Assembly: GCA_977017645.1 (NCBI GenBank)
Contig: OZ360222.1
Span: 19,158,001 to 19,222,000, forward strand
Direction of reading: 5' to 3'
DNA: 64,000 nucleotides
Source: Torpedo marmorata
Lineage: Eukaryota
Shown: piece after piece, positions 61,545 through 64,000 of the stretch
Layout of the letters: each line of letters starts with the position of its first letter
Numbering within the stretch: the first letter of the stretch is position 1
Program-made: the position numbers and the translations under genes
The notes under the pieces: generated by a model
What the model was told of the DNA's origin: nothing
Databases searched by the model: none
The model's input: only the letters and a program-made list of their open reading frames with translations

Positions 61545-62300
61545 GGTAAGAATTTACTGTCATGTACATAAGTACAATGTACAGATTCACTGACATTCTT
61601 ACCTGCTGCAGCCACACAGGTACGTAAAATACACCAACTACAATTGTACAAATTAAATTGCCACAATGTGCCAAGGCAGAGAAATGATAATAAACGGGGT
61701 GGCACGGTTAGCGCATCGGTTAGCGCAACGCTGTTACAGCGCCAGCAACCCGGGTTCGAATCCGGCACTGTCTGCAAGGAATTTGTATGTTCTCCCCGTG
61801 TCTGCGTGGGTTTCCTCCGGGTGCTCCGGTTTCCTCCCACCCTTCAAAACGTATAGGGATTATAAATCAATTGGGAGTAATTGGGCAGCACGGGCTTGTG
61901 GGCCAGAAGGGTCTGTAACCGTGCTGTATGTCTAAATTTAAAACTTAATTTCAATCTAAAAAGACAGATAAATAAATATTCACAGTTGCAGTTAGTGCAA
62001 GGAAAAAAAAAGTGATGTTTCAATAGTGCAGACAGATCTTCTGGTGGTCCCGGAGTAGTTTGTAGGTTAGTGTAACAAGGGGAGTTTCAAGAGCCTGATA
62101 GCTGTTGGAAAGAAACTGTTCTTAAACCTAGAGGTGCTGGTCTTCAGGCTTCTGTACCTTCTGCCCGAAGGTAGCAGTGAGAAAAGATTGTGACCTGGGT
62201 GATGGGGGTCCTTTATGATGTTGGCTGCCTTCTTGAGGCAGCGTCTCACATACATGTCTGCAGTGGATGGGAGGTTGGTGGCCGTATTGACTTGGCTGGG
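61545..62300 (-). mobile_element. Rex1/Babar 3' fragment with nested V-SINE (61698-61945, +)
   Basis: KKAANIIKDPHHPGH.LFSLLPSGRRY..RFKNSFFP. Confidence 0.88.
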
Positions 62301-62577
62301 TTTGCTACTGTCTAAGCCTTCTTCGTTCCTGGCCACTCAAATTTTCAAACTAGACTGTGTTGCAGTTTAGACCAGATTAGGCTTCGTTCTCTGTGTGATG
62401 TGTTGCTTATAGTAAGGAAGTGTGATGTTCCCAGCAGCTCTGAATAATGGAGCCACAGAGAAAGTAGACAGAAATGGCCAGTTCTGATATTGACACAGAG
62501 AGAGAAGTGAGAAAGAGAAGCGAGAGAGAGAGAGAGAGAGAGAAGCGAGAAAGGAGAGGGAGGTGAGAGAGAACTTA

Positions 62578-62928
62578 CTCTTTTTACACTAAAAATCTGC
62601 ATTATTGCCGTATACAAGACCCGTCTCTGGAAGCCGGCTTGCTTGTTCACACAGAACAGAAGAAATGCCGGGTCGGTGAGTCCTTTTACACAGCAAGCTG
62701 GCTTCCCGGAGCAAAAGAGGCGGGATGTCACATTCCTTTCCTGTTTGGACCCAGCAACACGGCTCGCCCTTTTACACTTGCCCCGCTTCGCCTCTGATAC
62801 TACCTCGCTTGGCAGATAAAAGACGGGTCTGAAATGAGCTCCCAATCCGCCTTTGTCGCGTTTATACAGGTAGGCGAGGCGTATTAAAGGCTGATTATAC
62901 CCGGCTTGTAGTATCAGTGTAAAAAGGG
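62578..62928. mobile_element. MITE (PIF/Harbinger-like TIRs) within a GA microsatellite
   Basis: TIR CTCTTTTTACACT / AGTGTAAAAAGGG, flanks TTA/TAA, internal TTTACAC motifs. Confidence 0.7.
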
Positions 62929-63174
62929 TAAGAGAGAGGAGAGAGAGAGAGTGAGAGAGGAGAGGGAGAAGAGAGAGTGAGAGAGAGAGTTAGAGTCATA
63001 CAGCGTAGAAACAGGCCCTTTGGCCCAACCTGCCCACTACGACCAAAATGTCCCATCAAAACTAGTCCCACCTGCCTGTCTTTGGCCCATATCCCTCTAA
63101 ACCAATCCTATCCGTGGATATGTCCAATTTGTTCTTAAACATTGCAATAGTACCTGCCTCAACCACCTCCTCAG

Positions 63175-63575
63175 GAACTGAGTTACGGGGAAAGGTTAAA
63201 CAGGTTAGGACTTTATTCCCTGGAGCGTAGAAGAATGAGGGGCGATTTGATAGAGGTATTTAAAATTATGAGGGGGGTAGAGTAAATATAGATAGGCTTT
63301 TTCCACTGAGGGTAGGTGAGATACAAACCAGAGGACGTGGGTTAAGGGTGAAAGGGGAAAAGTTTAGGGGGAACATAAGGGGGAACTTCTTCACACAGAG
63401 AGTGGTGGGAGTGTGGGACGAGCTGCCAGCTGAGGTGGTGAATGTGGGCTCAATTTTAACATTTAAGAAGAATTTGGACAGGAACCTGGATGGGAGAGGT
63501 ATGGAGGGCATAAAAATGGTTCAGCACAGACTAGAAGGGCCGAAGGGGCCTGTTTCTGTGCTGTAATGTTCTATG
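63175..63575 (+). mobile_element. CR1 3' fragment, abutting an opposite-strand CR1 tail (62990-63174)
   Basis: RGNFFTQRVVGVWDELP; AATGTTCTATG tail. Confidence 0.9.
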
Positions 63576-63868
63576 GAATCATCCGCTGTCTCTAAGGAGC
63601 TTATACATTTACCCTGTGACCTGCCTGGTTTTTCTCCGGGTCCTCTGGTTTATCCCATGTTCCAAAGAAGTACATGGGTGTATTTGAATGGTGTGGGCTT
63701 GTGGGTCGGTAGGACCTGTTACTGTACTGTATCTCTTAAAAATAACTCAGGACCTCCCTCAAGTGGCCATTTGCAAACACCTGGGATGCATTTGAAGATG
63801 TTTAGATCCAGGGATCTTCATAAATGGTACATGGAGCAGCAGAGAAAACCGATTTTCCGGTAATTGAT

Positions 63869-63925
63869 TGTGGGATCTTTCTGTGCACACGTTGACTGTT
63901 GCAGTTCCGACTCAGGGAACAGTGC
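63869..63925 (+). mobile_element. Deu-domain SINE relic
   Basis: TGTGGGATCTTTCTGTGCACACGTTGACTG..AACAGTG resembles the Deu core. Confidence 0.5.
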
Positions 63926-64000
63926 CTGGATTTCAGGAAACATCCTCTTCTCTGCAGATTCTCAGTAAAGGCTGGCTTGCCTCCACCCCGTCTGAGTGGG

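Noticed and set aside
63750-63860. Possible small exon ending CCG|GTAATT
   Set aside because: No polypyrimidine tract and no recognisable peptide.

Overview
Vertebrate, very probably cartilaginous-fish (shark/ray/skate) non-coding DNA; the taxon is inferred from the repeat complement (HE1-like V-SINEs, HER1/CR1 LINEs, Deu-domain relics, Neptune-type Penelope elements). No host protein-coding exon can be supported. Every long ORF is either a transposon remnant (CR1, Rex1/Babar, L1, Penelope RT + GIY-YIG, Mag-like Gypsy gag-pol) or an artefact of low-complexity repeats. Highlights: (1) a Gypsy provirus (31666-37325, TSD GTGAG) with no visible tRNA PBS, whose leader is instead complementary (15 nt) to the polyA-signal region of its own LTR; (2) a four-layer nest SINE<CR1<Gypsy<CR1 with resolvable junctions; (3) three unrelated TE classes inserted within the same ~15 nt of tRNA-SINE heads; (4) about ten minimal hammerhead-ribozyme motifs in Penelope pseudo-LTRs; (5) an ORF-less RTE-derived element with a duplicated conserved 5' UTR motif; (6) a 4.4-kb polypyrimidine satellite next to a promoter-like segment, and a CpG island at about 5.1-7.8 kb. 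Boundaries were read by eye and may be off by a few to tens of bases where no TSD is quoted.
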